A DNA stretch of 64,000 bases from an uncultured bacterium. GTDB taxonomy: Bacteria > Verrucomicrobiota > Verrucomicrobiia > Limisphaerales > UBA8199. The notes under the pieces are model-generated. The model was given only the letters and a program-made list of their open reading frames with translations. It was not told the origin of the DNA and searched no databases. Below, in pieces: positions 34,199 through 45,330 of this stretch. Position numbers and translations under genes: made by a program. The stretch lies in contig CAVVMW010000018.1 of the NCBI GenBank assembly GCA_963749495.1, positions 160,001 through 224,000 of the forward strand, given 5' to 3'. Every line of letters starts with the position of its first letter. The first letter of the stretch is position 1.

Positions 34199-35280
34199 CC
34201 ATGAGCACCCAACCCCAAAACCAGACCTCACGCCGTCACTTTCTCAAAGGCTCGCTCCTGGGCGGGGCGGCCGCGCTCTGCGCGCCCTGGACCCTGCGCC
34301 GGGCCCTGGCGGCCGAGCCGCCGGCCCCAGCCGCCCGCCTCGCCAGCCGGGTCGCCCTGGCCGCCGGCGAGGACCGCGCCGACATCGCCTTCAAAGGACT
34401 CAAGGCCTTCGAACGAAGCATCGCCGCCGCCATCGGCAACAAACGGGTCATCGTCAAACCCAACAATGTCGCTATCGACAACCAACTGGCCGCCAGCCAC
34501 GCGCAGAACCTCGAAGGCATCCTCGAGTTCCTCAAGGCCATCGGCAAGCGCAACGTCGCCATCGCCGAATCCGCCGCCAACGGCCCGACCCTCGACGGGT
34601 TCGCCAACTTCGGCTACGACAAGGTCGCCCGGAAATACGGCGCCAAGCTCCTTGACCTGGACCAGGAGGGCTTCGAGATCGTCCATTGCTTCGACGAGGC
34701 CGATTTCCGTCCCCATGCCTGCCGCATGTCCAAGGTGCTGCTGGACCCGAACCACTTCATTATCTCGGCCGCGAAATTCAAGACGCACAACCGGATCGTG
34801 GCGACCCTCTCGCTCAAGAACATCGTCGTGGGCGCAGCGATCAAGGACGCCGGTTTTCGCTGGGGACCCGGCGCCCGGCCCGGGGCGAAGAACGACAAAC
34901 CGATCACCCACGGCACGGGCTTCCGCGGCATCAACTACAATCTCTACGCCCTGGCGCCCCGCCTGCACCCGCACCTGGCGGTCATCAACGGCTTCGAGGG
35001 CATGGAAGGCGAGGGGCCCGTGGGCGGCACGCCCGTCCCCAGCCGCGTCTGCGTGGTCAGCCAGGACTGGCTGGCGGCGGACCGCGTGGCTGTCGAGTTG
35101 ATGGGCATCGATTTCGCCAAAGTCGGCTATCTCAACTACTGCGCCCAGACCCGCATGGGCGTAGCCGACCTCGACAAGATTGAAATCGTCGGCCCGGCTC
35201 TCAAAGACCACATAAAGCCATACAAGCTGGCCAGGAACATCGAAGAGCAGTTGATCTGGATGAAGCCCGCAAAGGGATGA
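34195..35280 (+). CDS. Tat-exported DUF362 family protein
   Basis: SRRHFLKG; VIVKPN; KFKTH..ATLSLKN; GMEGEGP. Confidence 0.88.
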   Translation: MTMSTQPQNQTSRRHFLKGSLLGGAAALCAPWTLRRALAAEPPAPAARLASRVALAAGEDRADIAFKGLKAFERSIAAAIGNKRVIVKPNNVAIDNQLAASHAQNLEGILEFLKAIGKRNVAIAESAANGPTLDGFANFGYDKVARKYGAKLLDLDQEGFEIVHCFDEADFRPHACRMSKVLLDPNHFIISAAKFKTHNRIVATLSLKNIVVGAAIKDAGFRWGPGARPGAKNDKPITHGTGFRGINYNLYALAPRLHPHLAVINGFEGMEGEGPVGGTPVPSRVCVVSQDWLAADRVAVELMGIDFAKVGYLNYCAQTRMGVADLDKIEIVGPALKDHIKPYKLARNIEEQLIWMKPAKG

Positions 35281-35567
35281 GAACCGAGGGTCGAGGGTCG
35301 AGGCCCCTCACCCCAACCCTCTCCCCATCGGATGGGGAGAGGGAGGACCGTCGCCCGTGGTCGACGAGTCGGAGCGCGTGGGAGCTTGCGACGGCCAGCA
35401 GTTGCTGCTCCCTCTCCCCATCCGATGGGGAGAGGGCCGGGGTGAGGGGCGGCTCCGGGGGCGAACCCCAGGGGGTGCGCGACAAAAAAGTAACCAAAAT
35501 TTGAGCAGGCCCGCCTGCTGATTGATTTTTGTTGCTATATTGTATCTAGTTAGATACAATACGCACC

Positions 35568-35954
35568 ATGACCGCTTCGCTTTCTCAGCTCGAAGACCGG
35601 CGCGAGCAGATCCTTGAACAGATCAAGGCTATCAACCGGTTGCGCCGCGGCTCCTTAAGCCGCCAATTCTTCAAGAAACCCCGCGCTGGCTCCAAAGCCC
35701 CCCAGGGCCCTTACTACGTGCTCCAAGCCTACTTCCATGGGCAGAAGTTCGCCGAGCGCATCCCGGCCGATCAGGCCCCCCAAATCGAACCCCTCGTCGC
35801 CAATTACAGACGCTTTAGCGAACTGGCCGAGGAGTTTGTCACCGTCACCGACCAAATCACCCGCCTGAGTCAAGCCGCCCCCGACGCAAAAAAAAACTCC
35901 AGACCGAAGTCGGGCAGGAGCGATTCCGGGAAGCCAACGCCTTCATCCGGTTAG
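35568..35954 (+). CDS. IS orfA (DUF6788-like)
   Basis: RRGSL...GPYYVL; ends after an A9C run (AKKNS). Confidence 0.8.
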   Translation: MTASLSQLEDRREQILEQIKAINRLRRGSLSRQFFKKPRAGSKAPQGPYYVLQAYFHGQKFAERIPADQAPQIEPLVANYRRFSELAEEFVTVTDQITRLSQAAPDAKKNSRPKSGRSDSGKPTPSSG

Positions 35955-35980
35955 TCCAAGGGCAGTGGCAACAGCAGGGA

Positions 35981-37270
35981 GTGCGCAATCTCGAGGCGGT
36001 GGAAATTGGCCTGCGCGAGGCGCTCTTCCGCGATGCCTGTGGGATTCTGGGGGATTTGCTCAACGACCCGGCGCTGCCGGTGCCCGAGGATCAGGGCCGC
36101 CCAGGCGAAAGGTGCCACGCCGGCCGGCCCAAGGAGCCGCTGACCCTCTTCGGGCTAGTGGCCCTACGGCGCAACTATTACTATTGGGCGAGCCGGGAGC
36201 AAGGCCGTGCCCCGCTGGACCAGGCGCTGGGTCTGTGGGCAGGCTATTCGCCCGGGGTGCTGCGGATCATTTGCCGCGCGGCCGCGCGCCATCCCTTCGA
36301 CGTGGCGGCGGCCGAGCTCAAAGCCTATTGCGGGCTGCAGGTCGAAGGCCGCCAGATTCAGCGCATCGCTCAGGAAATGGGACCGCGGGTGCGGGCGGTC
36401 CAAGAACAATTGCCTCCCTTCAAGCATGACTCGGGCCTGATTCCCGTCATGTATATCGCCGTCGATGGCACCGGGGTTCCCATGCGGCCCGAGGAATTGG
36501 AAGGCCGTGCCGGCAAGCAACCCGATGGCTCAGCCAAGACCCGAGAGGTCAAGTTGGCTTGTGTGTTTACCCAAACCACCCTTGATGAGGAGGGATTGCC
36601 GTTGCGGGACTTTGAGTCCTCCAGCTACGTGGCAGGCTTTGAAGAGGCACCCGATTTCATGGTGCGGGCACGCCAGGAGGCCCTCCGCCGCCGTCTGCCG
36701 GCAGCGCAGGTGTCGGTGCTGCTGGGCGACGGGGCTGCCTGGATTTGGGACCACGGGGCGAAGTGCTTCCCGATGGCCTTCCAAATTCTGGACTTGTATC
36801 ACGCCCTGGAACATCTCTCCGACCTGACGAAATTGCTCGAACCGGACCCTGCCGCCGCCCAGGCCCTGTGGCGAACTTGGCGCGAGCAGTTCTTGGCCGA
36901 CAACGTGGAGGAAGTCCTGCGTCAAGCCCGGGAAAGGACGGGCAAACTGGCCGCTCAGACTGCTGAATCAGCAGGCAAGCAGATCGCATACTTCGAGCAC
37001 AACCAGAGCCGTATGCTCTACGCCACCTACCGCGCTTTGGGATTTTTCTACGGCTCGGGGGTGGTCGAAGCCGGCTGCAAAACGGTTATCGGCGGACGCT
37101 GCAAGTGCTCCGGCATGCTTTGGTCAGAAGAGGGAGCTACCCACGTCCTGGATTTGCGCTGCGCTCTGTATGGCAACCAATTCAACCAAGTCTGGGATCG
37201 CTTAAACCAAAGCGATTACCTGCGAATTCGCGTCGCCAACCCCCCGGCTCAAGCCGAGGAAGCTGCGTAA
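35981..37270 (+). CDS. ISKra4-type DDE transposase
   Basis: AVDGTGVP, TREVKL, LGDGAAWIW, ILDLYHA, GSGVVEAGCK. Confidence 0.9.
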   Translation: MRNLEAVEIGLREALFRDACGILGDLLNDPALPVPEDQGRPGERCHAGRPKEPLTLFGLVALRRNYYYWASREQGRAPLDQALGLWAGYSPGVLRIICRAAARHPFDVAAAELKAYCGLQVEGRQIQRIAQEMGPRVRAVQEQLPPFKHDSGLIPVMYIAVDGTGVPMRPEELEGRAGKQPDGSAKTREVKLACVFTQTTLDEEGLPLRDFESSSYVAGFEEAPDFMVRARQEALRRRLPAAQVSVLLGDGAAWIWDHGAKCFPMAFQILDLYHALEHLSDLTKLLEPDPAAAQALWRTWREQFLADNVEEVLRQARERTGKLAAQTAESAGKQIAYFEHNQSRMLYATYRALGFFYGSGVVEAGCKTVIGGRCKCSGMLWSEEGATHVLDLRCALYGNQFNQVWDRLNQSDYLRIRVANPPAQAEEAA

Positions 37271-37372
37271 TGGCACCTAATTGTTACTATTTTGTCCGGC
37301 TCCCAACCCCAGGGATTGTCCAAGAACTGGCTTGCACCTGGCCCCTCGACACTCGACACTCGACACTCGCTT

Positions 37373-38299
37373 ATGACCACACGTCGTCAATTCATCCGCG
37401 CGGCTGTCCCCGTGGCAGCGGCCCTGGGGTTGGCCCCGGCGGCGGCCGGCCGCGCCTTTGGCCTTGAGGCGAGCGGCTTCCGACCGCCTGTTGCCGTCTT
37501 CAGCAAGGTTTACCAGGAATTGAAGCTGGATTTCGAGCAGTCGGCCGAAGTAACGGCCGCGGCGGGGTTGGACGGGGTCGATTGCGCGGTGCGCGAGGGC
37601 GGAGAGATCCAGCCGGCGCAGGCCGCCGAGCAGATGCCGCGCTACGCCGAGGCCCTGCGCCGGCACGGGACCGGCATGCTGCTGCTGACCACGGGCATCG
37701 TGGGGGTCTCTTCACCCCACGCCAGCGAGGTCCTGCGGACGGGCAAACAACTGGGCATCCGCTACTACCGGCTGGGCTATTGGTTGCACCGCCCCGGCCT
37801 GCCGCCTGAAAAGCTGCTGGCGGAGGCCCGCCCCAGCCTCAAGGACCTGGCAGCCATGAACAAGGAGCTGGGCCTCTGCGGCGTGTACCAGAATCACTCT
37901 GCCGGCTCAGACCGCTCCCGGCGCAACGCCGGCTGCGACCTGGCCGAACTCTATGAAATGGTCAAGGACCTCGACCCCGACCAAATCGGCGTCGCCTTCG
38001 ACCTGGCCCACGCCATCCTCGAACACGGCGACGGGTGGCGCGAGCATTTCGAGCGGCTCAAGCCTCATATCCGGGTCCTGTACGTCAAAGACGCGCGGCG
38101 AGGCTCCGGGTTTGTGCGGTTCGGCCAGGGTGAGCTGGGCCCTACGGGCTTTTTCCAATCGCTGGCCCGGATGAACTACCGCGCCCCGCTCTCGATGCAC
38201 ATCGAGTTCGATTGGACCCTCGATGGCAAAAAGACCCGCCAGGCCCTCGTCCAGGCCCTCACCGAGAGCCGGACCGTCCTGGGGCAGTGGATGGCTTAG
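37373..38299 (+). CDS. Tat-exported sugar phosphate isomerase/epimerase (TIM barrel)
   Basis: TRRQFI; YQNHS; FDLAH; YVKD; SMHIE. Confidence 0.87.
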   Translation: MTTRRQFIRAAVPVAAALGLAPAAAGRAFGLEASGFRPPVAVFSKVYQELKLDFEQSAEVTAAAGLDGVDCAVREGGEIQPAQAAEQMPRYAEALRRHGTGMLLLTTGIVGVSSPHASEVLRTGKQLGIRYYRLGYWLHRPGLPPEKLLAEARPSLKDLAAMNKELGLCGVYQNHSAGSDRSRRNAGCDLAELYEMVKDLDPDQIGVAFDLAHAILEHGDGWREHFERLKPHIRVLYVKDARRGSGFVRFGQGELGPTGFFQSLARMNYRAPLSMHIEFDWTLDGKKTRQALVQALTESRTVLGQWMA

Positions 38300-38332
38300 A
38301 GGCGGTTGCAGAATTAACCGCAAAGAACGCAA

Positions 38333-38394
38333 AGATCGCAGAGAAACACCTTGATTGCGGGCTCTTTGTGTTCTCTGCGTTCTTTGCGGTTAAT
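38333..38394. terminator. Palindrome between convergent genes, possible bidirectional terminator
   Basis: attaaccgcaaagaacgca...tgcgttctttgcggttaat. Confidence 0.55.
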
Positions 38395-38408
38395 TTCGCC
38401 ACTGTCTC

Positions 38409-40600
38409 TCAGTTCCCTTCGATCGCCAGCGCCAGCTTGATGATATAATAGAGGTCCGCCTGGCACCATGGCAGGTCCACGCGGCGGGCCAATTCCTGGG
38501 GCGCGGCGCCCTTGAGCCAGGCCAGGGCCTTGAATGAGTTCAGGGCGAAGTCGGGCGGGTCCACGAAGTTCTCTCCGAAGTGTACCTGGCGCTCCTCTCC
38601 GGTCAGCGACCAGGTTGGACAGAGGGTGGAGAAGGTCTGCCAGACGCGCCCAACGGCATTCGGGGCCTTGGCGCGCACCAGCGCCGCAACCTCGGGTGTC
38701 AGGTCCTGGAACAGGCCGAGCGTGTGCCGGTGCGGGGCGACTGCCAGCCAGAGGCCGTCGCCTTTGCCGATGAAAGGGTCCAGCTCCGATGAGGTGTTGA
38801 ACGTCGTGAGCGTCCCGCGCTCGGCGGCACGGTTCCACCAGTTCACGAGGGCCTCGGCTGCTTCATCGCCGCGGGCTTTGGCCTCCAGGGCCAAGCCACC
38901 GTCTCCGGCCTTTTCGGCGATGCGGCTCAAGGCGAGCAGCGAGGCAAGGTAACGGTTTGCGAAGAGGTCGCCTTTGGCGGCATTCAACTGCCAGCCGGAT
39001 TCCACAAAGTCCTGGTAGGCGGCCTTGATGTCCGGCCAGCTTTCGAGCACGAGCGGTTCTTGTCCGCAACGTTGGGCAAAGAACCAGGCGGCGTGGAGAT
39101 TGCCGAAGGGATGCGGCTGGTGGTCGCCGCCGAGGCGGGCGCGATAAGCCGGCGGCACTTTGAACCATTCCCGGGCCTCGCCTTCGTTGAGGGCATACCA
39201 GGCCCGGCGCGTGAACGGCGCGTGCCGGCTCCATTCCAAGCGCAAGAGGGCGCGCAACCTGGCCTGGAGTTCGGCGGGCAGGTGCGGCCACGCCCAGGCC
39301 AGGGCCTCGAACAGCTCGCCGCTGTGGTCGAACGCAAAGACGCGCCCGGCCAGGCCGGGGTCGGTAAAGAGCGGCAACCAGGTCCGGTCCACGACGGTTT
39401 GGACGGTTGCGGCGAGTTGGCGGCGGAGTTCCTCGGCGCCGGGAAGCGGCGGCTGCGGCGCCGAAGTCGAGGGCAGGTTCGTGGCCAGGCCCAGCGGTTT
39501 GGGGGGCGCGCCGCCCGCACGTTCTCCCGGCGCCAAGCACAGAATTCGGCTCCCGGTCTGCCAATAGACCCGGTCGCCGGCCACCGCCACGCCGCTGCGG
39601 GCCGGGCCGTGCCATTCGTTGCGCGCCCAGGGCGGATTGCGGAACCCGCCGTAGGTGTCCCTCTCGCCCCAAACGGAGAACAGTTCGTTGCGCTGGAGGT
39701 CGAACCCGCTCAGTGTGCCCTGGTGAATGAGCCAGGCGGTGCGGCCCGTCACCAGAACAGCCAGGCATCGAGCTTCTGCCAGGCGCTGTCGTCCGCGCCT
39801 GCGTTGCGGCAGAGCATCGTGCGGTCGCGCCCGATGCGTTGGCCCATGTTGAGGGCAGGGTTGGTCCGCACGACCACTAGCGCGCGGCCTTTGCCGGGGA
39901 GCACGACCGGGTAATAGTCGCGCGCCGTCTGGCCGGACAGCGCCTCGGAGGTCCACAACGGCTCGCCGTCGCTCGCCCGGAAACAGCGCACGCGCAGGTC
40001 CTCGCCGGTGACGAAGACCCGGCCCCCCGCCACGGCGGCGGTTTGGCGAATAGGGGCGCCCGCCGCCCGGCGCCACTGCGCCTGGCCATCGCGCGCGGAC
40101 ACCGCCAGGAAATCCCCCGCGCGCGTGCCGATATAAACGGTGCCGCCGGCAATGACGGGCGCGGCCGAGAACCCGCCATAACCTGCGAAGCAGCGCCAGG
40201 CAGACCTGCCGCTCTGGGCCTCGACGCCGTACAAATTGCCGTCGCTGCTGGCGGCTATCACGAACCCCTCGGCCACGGCGGGCGACTGCAGGAAGGCCCC
40301 GCGCGCCTCGAACCGCCCCAACCCCTGCCCCGTCTCCGCTCGCACCCCGTAGAGGTTGCCGGCGTGCGTCGCCACGAACATTCTCCCGCCGGCGACAATC
40401 GGCTCCATGGCCGTGCCCAGCCGCTCCCCCTCGATCTCGATGGCCCACGCCAGCCGGAAGGGCGGCCTCAACTCCTGCTCGACCCATCCCGTGTGCGATG
40501 CCTCCCCCCGCACCATCGGCCAGTCAGCCCCGGCTTGGGCCGGGCCGGCCGACCAGAAGGACGCCAGGAATAAAGGCAGAGCCGTGAAACCGAGCTTCAT
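38409..40600 (-). CDS. Secreted PQQ-like beta-propeller protein with helical C-terminal region; frameshift near 39760
   Basis: Signal peptide, DWPMVRG, BamB/PQQ-type repeats in ORF 39749-40612; continues in ORF ending at 38409. Confidence 0.75.
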
Positions 40601-40683
40601 GGAAACCGACACTGAGCGGACCCAAAGGCGAAGTCAACCTCCAGGCGCAGCCCTGCTGCATCGGTCTGGGATGGCCTCGGTAT

Positions 40684-40810
40684 CTTTGTCGCGACCTTTG
40701 TCGCAGCCTTTGTCGCAACCTTTGTCGCAACCTTTGTCGCAACCTTTGTCGAATTGGGCCGAGTCTCGACAAAGGTCCCGACAAAGGCTGCGAACGAAGG
40801 TCGCGAAGGT
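40684..40810. repeat. 12-mer tandem (CCTTTGTCGCAA) plus inverted GACAAAGG units
   Basis: About six tandem units. Confidence 0.85.
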
Positions 40811-41976
40811 CACTCAATGGATGGCTTCAGGACGGATTCGTAATGTGACAGCTCTTCTCGATCAACCCTGGCCTCCGGCGGCTCCCACCTGGTGCCCTGT
40901 TCCTCCCGCCACGTAATCCAAATGTTCTGGCTGCGCACCCCAAGTCCACCCCTGCCCCTGCCCGACAATTCAACCGCCAATTGGGGCGCGCGAGTGATGC
41001 GCTTCTCCGTCAGGAGCACCGTCCAACCAGCCTGAAGAAAATCGCGCATGACCTCCCTATCGGGGAGCACGTCGAATGAGCCTGCTGAGATAACCGCCAG
41101 TGCGACCCCAATATCTTTTCGATGTCCGCAGATTCGAGAGCCCCGGTGCGAATCACCTGAGCCGTGGTGAGAGACCTTTACCATGTCGAGAGCCGGCTGA
41201 TGACCTGAGCCGTTCCTGACCACCGCGTATCTGTTCAGCGCATTGTTGCAGCCCTCAGAATCCGTGTCAGCAGCGAGCAGCGCATCGAAGGATCTGTCAT
41301 TGCCCCGCACGTTCAAGCCCAGAACGACCGAAACACGGTTGAGGTCCCTCCGGATCTTCCCCTCAGAAACCACATCCCGAACTGCCTCACTCACGACTTC
41401 CGGCCTCGGCCCTATTGGAATCAGTCGGATGCGATCGCCGACCTCGACGAGCGGGCTGCGGTTCTCGTCAGCCCTAAAGTACCGGACGCGGTTGTTCTCA
41501 ATGAGCTTGTAAACAAACCGATACAACCGCTCGAACTCCGTCACCGCCGAAGCGGGAAAGCGCCGCCTGCGCATGATCTGCTGAATCTGTCTCGGCTCGA
41601 CGCCGCTGTCGCAAAAGGTCCCAACGGTTCTGCCCTCGGAGGTGAAATACTGCATCACCTCGGCTAACCCGGTATAATGGTCCTCGTGGGGGTGCGAAAG
41701 GCACACTAAATCGAGTCTTCGGATCTGGAGTTGCTCCACGAGCCGAAAGAACTGCGCCCGCGCTTCACCCTGCGGCAGGTTGCAGTCGACCAAAACCCAC
41801 TTTCTTGCCCCGAGATTCAGCAGAATCGTGTCGCCCTGTCCACACTGGAGCACGTGTATTTCGACCCAAGGGGGAACCTCCTCAGATGCGGATGGTGCCT
41901 GAAATCCCTCTATCTCGGAATTCTGGGAGATCACTCGTTTCTTCGGGTTCTTTCTGAGCTTCGGAGGCTTGTCCAA
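40810..41976 (-). CDS. ComEC/Rec2-like MBL-fold metallo-hydrolase
   Basis: CGQGD, LVDC, SHPHEDHYTG, KVSHHGS, VISAG; start uncertain. Confidence 0.85.
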   Translation of the reverse strand: MDKPPKLRKNPKKRVISQNSEIEGFQAPSASEEVPPWVEIHVLQCGQGDTILLNLGARKWVLVDCNLPQGEARAQFFRLVEQLQIRRLDLVCLSHPHEDHYTGLAEVMQYFTSEGRTVGTFCDSGVEPRQIQQIMRRRRFPASAVTEFERLYRFVYKLIENNRVRYFRADENRSPLVEVGDRIRLIPIGPRPEVVSEAVRDVVSEGKIRRDLNRVSVVLGLNVRGNDRSFDALLAADTDSEGCNNALNRYAVVRNGSGHQPALDMVKVSHHGSGDSHRGSRICGHRKDIGVALAVISAGSFDVLPDREVMRDFLQAGWTVLLTEKRITRAPQLAVELSGRGRGGLGVRSQNIWITWREEQGTRWEPPEARVDREELSHYESVLKPSIE

Positions 41977-42691
41977 CCACGACGATCACATGGGCCTCCA
42001 CGGCATCGCCCTCTTCGGGGAGCTTGCCACGCACGAACTGCTTGCGCTCGTAAACTTGCTTAAGGGGACCATCCGGCGTTTCGTAGGTCACCTCCGCTTG
42101 AGCGCCAACGACTTCGCTCACGGTTCCCCGATGAACCTCGCGCAAGCAGATTCGACCCTGGCTTTGAGCGATGAGGGCTGCCTGGAGATCCTTGTTCGCC
42201 TTCGCCATGTCGCAGACCACTTCAAGTAGAGACTCATTCTGCGGCCTTAACTGGGCATTTTGGGAGGCCAGTTCGGCGCTCTGCTGACGGGCCAACAGTG
42301 TAGCTCGTTGCTCAGAAATCAACTGCGTCTTGAGCCGCTCCAGCTCCAGGAGGTTCCTGTGTTGCTCGTCGGCAATCAGGCCGGTTGGGACAGCCCCATG
42401 GATGACTGCACGTGGAGAGGTGCGTGGATATCCGGAGAACGCCGCCGCGGCAACCGTCTCCCAATACCCGGCCGCTAACTCCCAAAGTTTATTCTCCTCG
42501 CATTGGGAGGCCATCTCCATGACCTTCTTGAAATGATCAGCGAGACCAGCGGATCCGTGGATGTGAACGGACACGTAAGACTTCTGCCACGCCTTCGCAA
42601 GCGTGGAAAGCACTCGATCATGCCCTTGTCCCGACTGGGCAGGAACACCCAGCCCCGCGATCTCGGTCTGCCATCTGTCATCCATTCCCAT
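41882..42691 (-). CDS. Hypothetical protein with coiled coil and C-terminal beta-rich domain
   Basis: 269-aa ORF in operon-like spacing. Confidence 0.7.
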   Translation of the reverse strand: MGMDDRWQTEIAGLGVPAQSGQGHDRVLSTLAKAWQKSYVSVHIHGSAGLADHFKKVMEMASQCEENKLWELAAGYWETVAAAAFSGYPRTSPRAVIHGAVPTGLIADEQHRNLLELERLKTQLISEQRATLLARQQSAELASQNAQLRPQNESLLEVVCDMAKANKDLQAALIAQSQGRICLREVHRGTVSEVVGAQAEVTYETPDGPLKQVYERKQFVRGKLPEEGDAVEAHVIVVVGQASEAQKEPEETSDLPEFRDRGISGTIRI

Positions 42692-42699
42692 AATTCATC

Positions 42700-43447
42700 T
42701 TACTTCTCTGGTTGAGTATTAGTCCGACTTTGCCTGGTGAGCAACTCTTTAGCCTGCAGGAGGCGAGCGATCAACAGGTTGATATCGGCTTCATCACATT
42801 CGAGCTCGAAAGCCTCTACATCGACCGGTGTGTTCAACCAGGGCGGGGCGAAAAACATGAGCGGCCTTTTGCCGCCAAGGGCGTACCGTACCCTCAGCCT
42901 GAGGAAGGGCGTGGTGATCTCCTGTTCCTCCGGTGAACCATAGCGTAGGGTCACCAATTCGAAATCGAGATCGTCCAAGAGAGGCCCCACGACGGTGGAG
43001 AGCCGCTTGGCGCGCTTACGGATCGCCTCTGACGTCAGCCTGTCCCATACCGCTTGCACCTTTTTGAGGATATTCGTTTCGAAGCTGCCCTTGGACGCCA
43101 GGGTCTTCCCCGGCTGACTTGAACTCGTCACTGAAGACACCTTCCTCCAGGATGCGCGCGGCCCGGGTGACACCCTCGCTTGCCAACACCAGGCGCAAGA
43201 CCATCTGCACTTCCTCCAAGAGGCCATCGGCACGCTTCGCCTCCACGGTCACGCCACCCAGGCGCTTAGCGAAGGAAACCCGAAACTGATCGGTATCACC
43301 AATGAATCGCACGGCATTCGGCCGGGCCAGGAAGATCTGATATTTGCCCTCGCGCTGAAGCGCCTGGAGCGTGTTGACCGTCGCTTCGAAATCAGCAAGC
43401 GGCACCCCCGCTTCAATCCCTTCTGCTTTAGTCTCTTGGGTAGCCAT
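42700..43447 (-). CDS. Hypothetical protein with COMM-domain-like C-terminus; frameshift near 43080
   Basis: ORFs 43016-43468 and 42700-43233 join; ends 8 bp before the next ATG. Confidence 0.6.
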
Positions 43448-43838
43448 GAATAATATCCTTACGCGCACAAACGACCGTGGTCAAGCCCAGTGGGGCGGGA
43501 CCGCGCGCTTCCACGATAGACCGTTGCTGCCCGAGGGCAGAGGAATCCAAGTGGCGTTCTGAATGCTGTGCCCGTGACTGGGAATGAATCATCGGTCGTG
43601 TTGTTTGCTGCAGGGTAGTCCGGCAGCAGCGGCGTTCAAGGACAAAGTTGGAGTGACTCCACTCCTCCGCATGATTTTGCCGGCAATGATTTTGCCTTTT
43701 CCGGAGAGTCTCTTCTCGGCCCTGCCGCTTTTCGCTCCGGCCCATCGGCGCGCGCGACAGCAGCCGGGGCGTTCCGGCAACCGGCACGATGCCGCGTCTG
43801 CCCTGTCTATATCCATTTGGTATCTCTATGAGAATGCC

Positions 43839-45038
43839 ATGACAAAGCTCCAAATCACCGCCGGTGCCCTGGTGGTCACCGCCCTGGGCGCGGCACTGGT
43901 GCTCGAACATCAAGCAAAGACAGAGCTGCGTGACGAAGTTGATGCGCTGCGCCAACGGCTCGCCCAGTCGGAGAAGCTCGGAATCGACACCCAGCGGCTG
44001 GGGCGCAAACCGCGCCTGCCCGCGCCGCCAATGCCCGTTAGGGCGCCCTCAGCCGAAGCCGCTCTGGACACCGCGCCGGCCACGAACCTCCTGGCCCAAC
44101 TGCTCGATGGCGGAGCGCCCAAACTGGGTCTCCAGCAGGTCGAGGCCTATCTCGAGCAGAATCACCGCAACGCCGAGAGCCTCCTCGCCGCGTTCCGAAC
44201 CACCGGCGACCCAAGGCTCCTGCGCGAGGCGCTCAAGAACCACCCCAACGACCCGCGCGTCCACTTCGCCGCCTACTTCGCGCCGGTCCTTGACCCCGCC
44301 CTGGGCGCCGAGTTTCCCCCGGAAGAGCGCCAGCGCCAGCTTGAGGCCCTCCAGAAGGCCGCCCCGGACAATGCCCTTCCAAACTACCTCTCGGCGTTTG
44401 ACTGCTTCAAAGCGGGCCAGACCGACCAGGCGGTCCGGGAACTCGCCGCCGCCGCCGCCAAGCCGCAACTCCAGGACTACTCGCTTGATTTTGTTCAGGG
44501 CGCGGAAGAGGCCTATCGCGCCGCAGGATATTCGGTGGCCCAGGCCAAGGCGGCGGCCGATTTTGAACTCCCCATCCCGCAGTTCGCCCGGCTCAAACGA
44601 CTGAGCCTGGATATGGCCGACCTCGTCCGCGCCTATCGCCAGGCCGGGGACGAGACCTCCGCCCAAGCGACCTTGCAAATCGGCTTGGACCTGGGCCGGC
44701 GCCTGGATGACCCGCGGGCCTTCTCGGTCATCCAAAACCTGGTTGGGACTCAAATCCAAGGCAATCTCCTGGCCACGATGGAACCCGGCAGTCCCTGCGG
44801 CGACACCGGTCAAACCGTGCAAAACCAACTCGACGCCCTTGCCCAGCGCACCCAAACCCTCAGAGGGGCCATGCTCATGGATAACGGCCAACTGCAACCG
44901 ATAAGCAGCCTCGTGCAGGGCCTTTCAGAATCCGACCTGATCAGTTTTCTCGACCGCATGAGGCTCTCCGGCACGTGGGAGGCCACGCAATGGGCGCGGA
45001 ACAGACAGCAGGCACCGGCTGCAAGCCCGAACCGTTAG
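43839..45038 (+). CDS. Hypothetical membrane-anchored helical protein
   Basis: N-terminal TM segment then coiled coil; host-like codon usage. Confidence 0.7.
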   Translation: MTKLQITAGALVVTALGAALVLEHQAKTELRDEVDALRQRLAQSEKLGIDTQRLGRKPRLPAPPMPVRAPSAEAALDTAPATNLLAQLLDGGAPKLGLQQVEAYLEQNHRNAESLLAAFRTTGDPRLLREALKNHPNDPRVHFAAYFAPVLDPALGAEFPPEERQRQLEALQKAAPDNALPNYLSAFDCFKAGQTDQAVRELAAAAAKPQLQDYSLDFVQGAEEAYRAAGYSVAQAKAAADFELPIPQFARLKRLSLDMADLVRAYRQAGDETSAQATLQIGLDLGRRLDDPRAFSVIQNLVGTQIQGNLLATMEPGSPCGDTGQTVQNQLDALAQRTQTLRGAMLMDNGQLQPISSLVQGLSESDLISFLDRMRLSGTWEATQWARNRQQAPAASPNR

Positions 45039-45330
45039 CCGGAGGCCGGAGGCCAGAGGACAGAGTCCCCGGCGGACCCCTCACCCCAGCCCTCTCCCCT
45101 TCGGAAGGGGAGAGGGAGAAGCGTCGGCAGTCTCTTGAACTTCCGCTCGTCTGCGCTTGCTCAAAGCGCCACCGAGAACTCTCCCTCTCCCCATCCGATG
45201 GGGAGAGGGCCGGGGTGAGGGGTCGGCCCGACCTCGGTGCTGCTCACGCTTTCACGGAGGCCTTCCAGAAGCGGCCGCTTCCTCCTTGCTTCTTCGGACG
45301 CGGTGGATCAAAGCTCCCTGGACCCTGATT

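Larger units (their letters stand above)
35473..37304 (+). mobile_element. ISKra4-family-like insertion sequence, apparently intact
   Basis: 22-bp imperfect terminal inverted repeats (gggtgcgcgacaaaaaagtaac / gttactattttgtccggctccc); 9-bp target duplication AACCCCAGG at 35464-35472 and 37305-37313. Confidence 0.92.
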
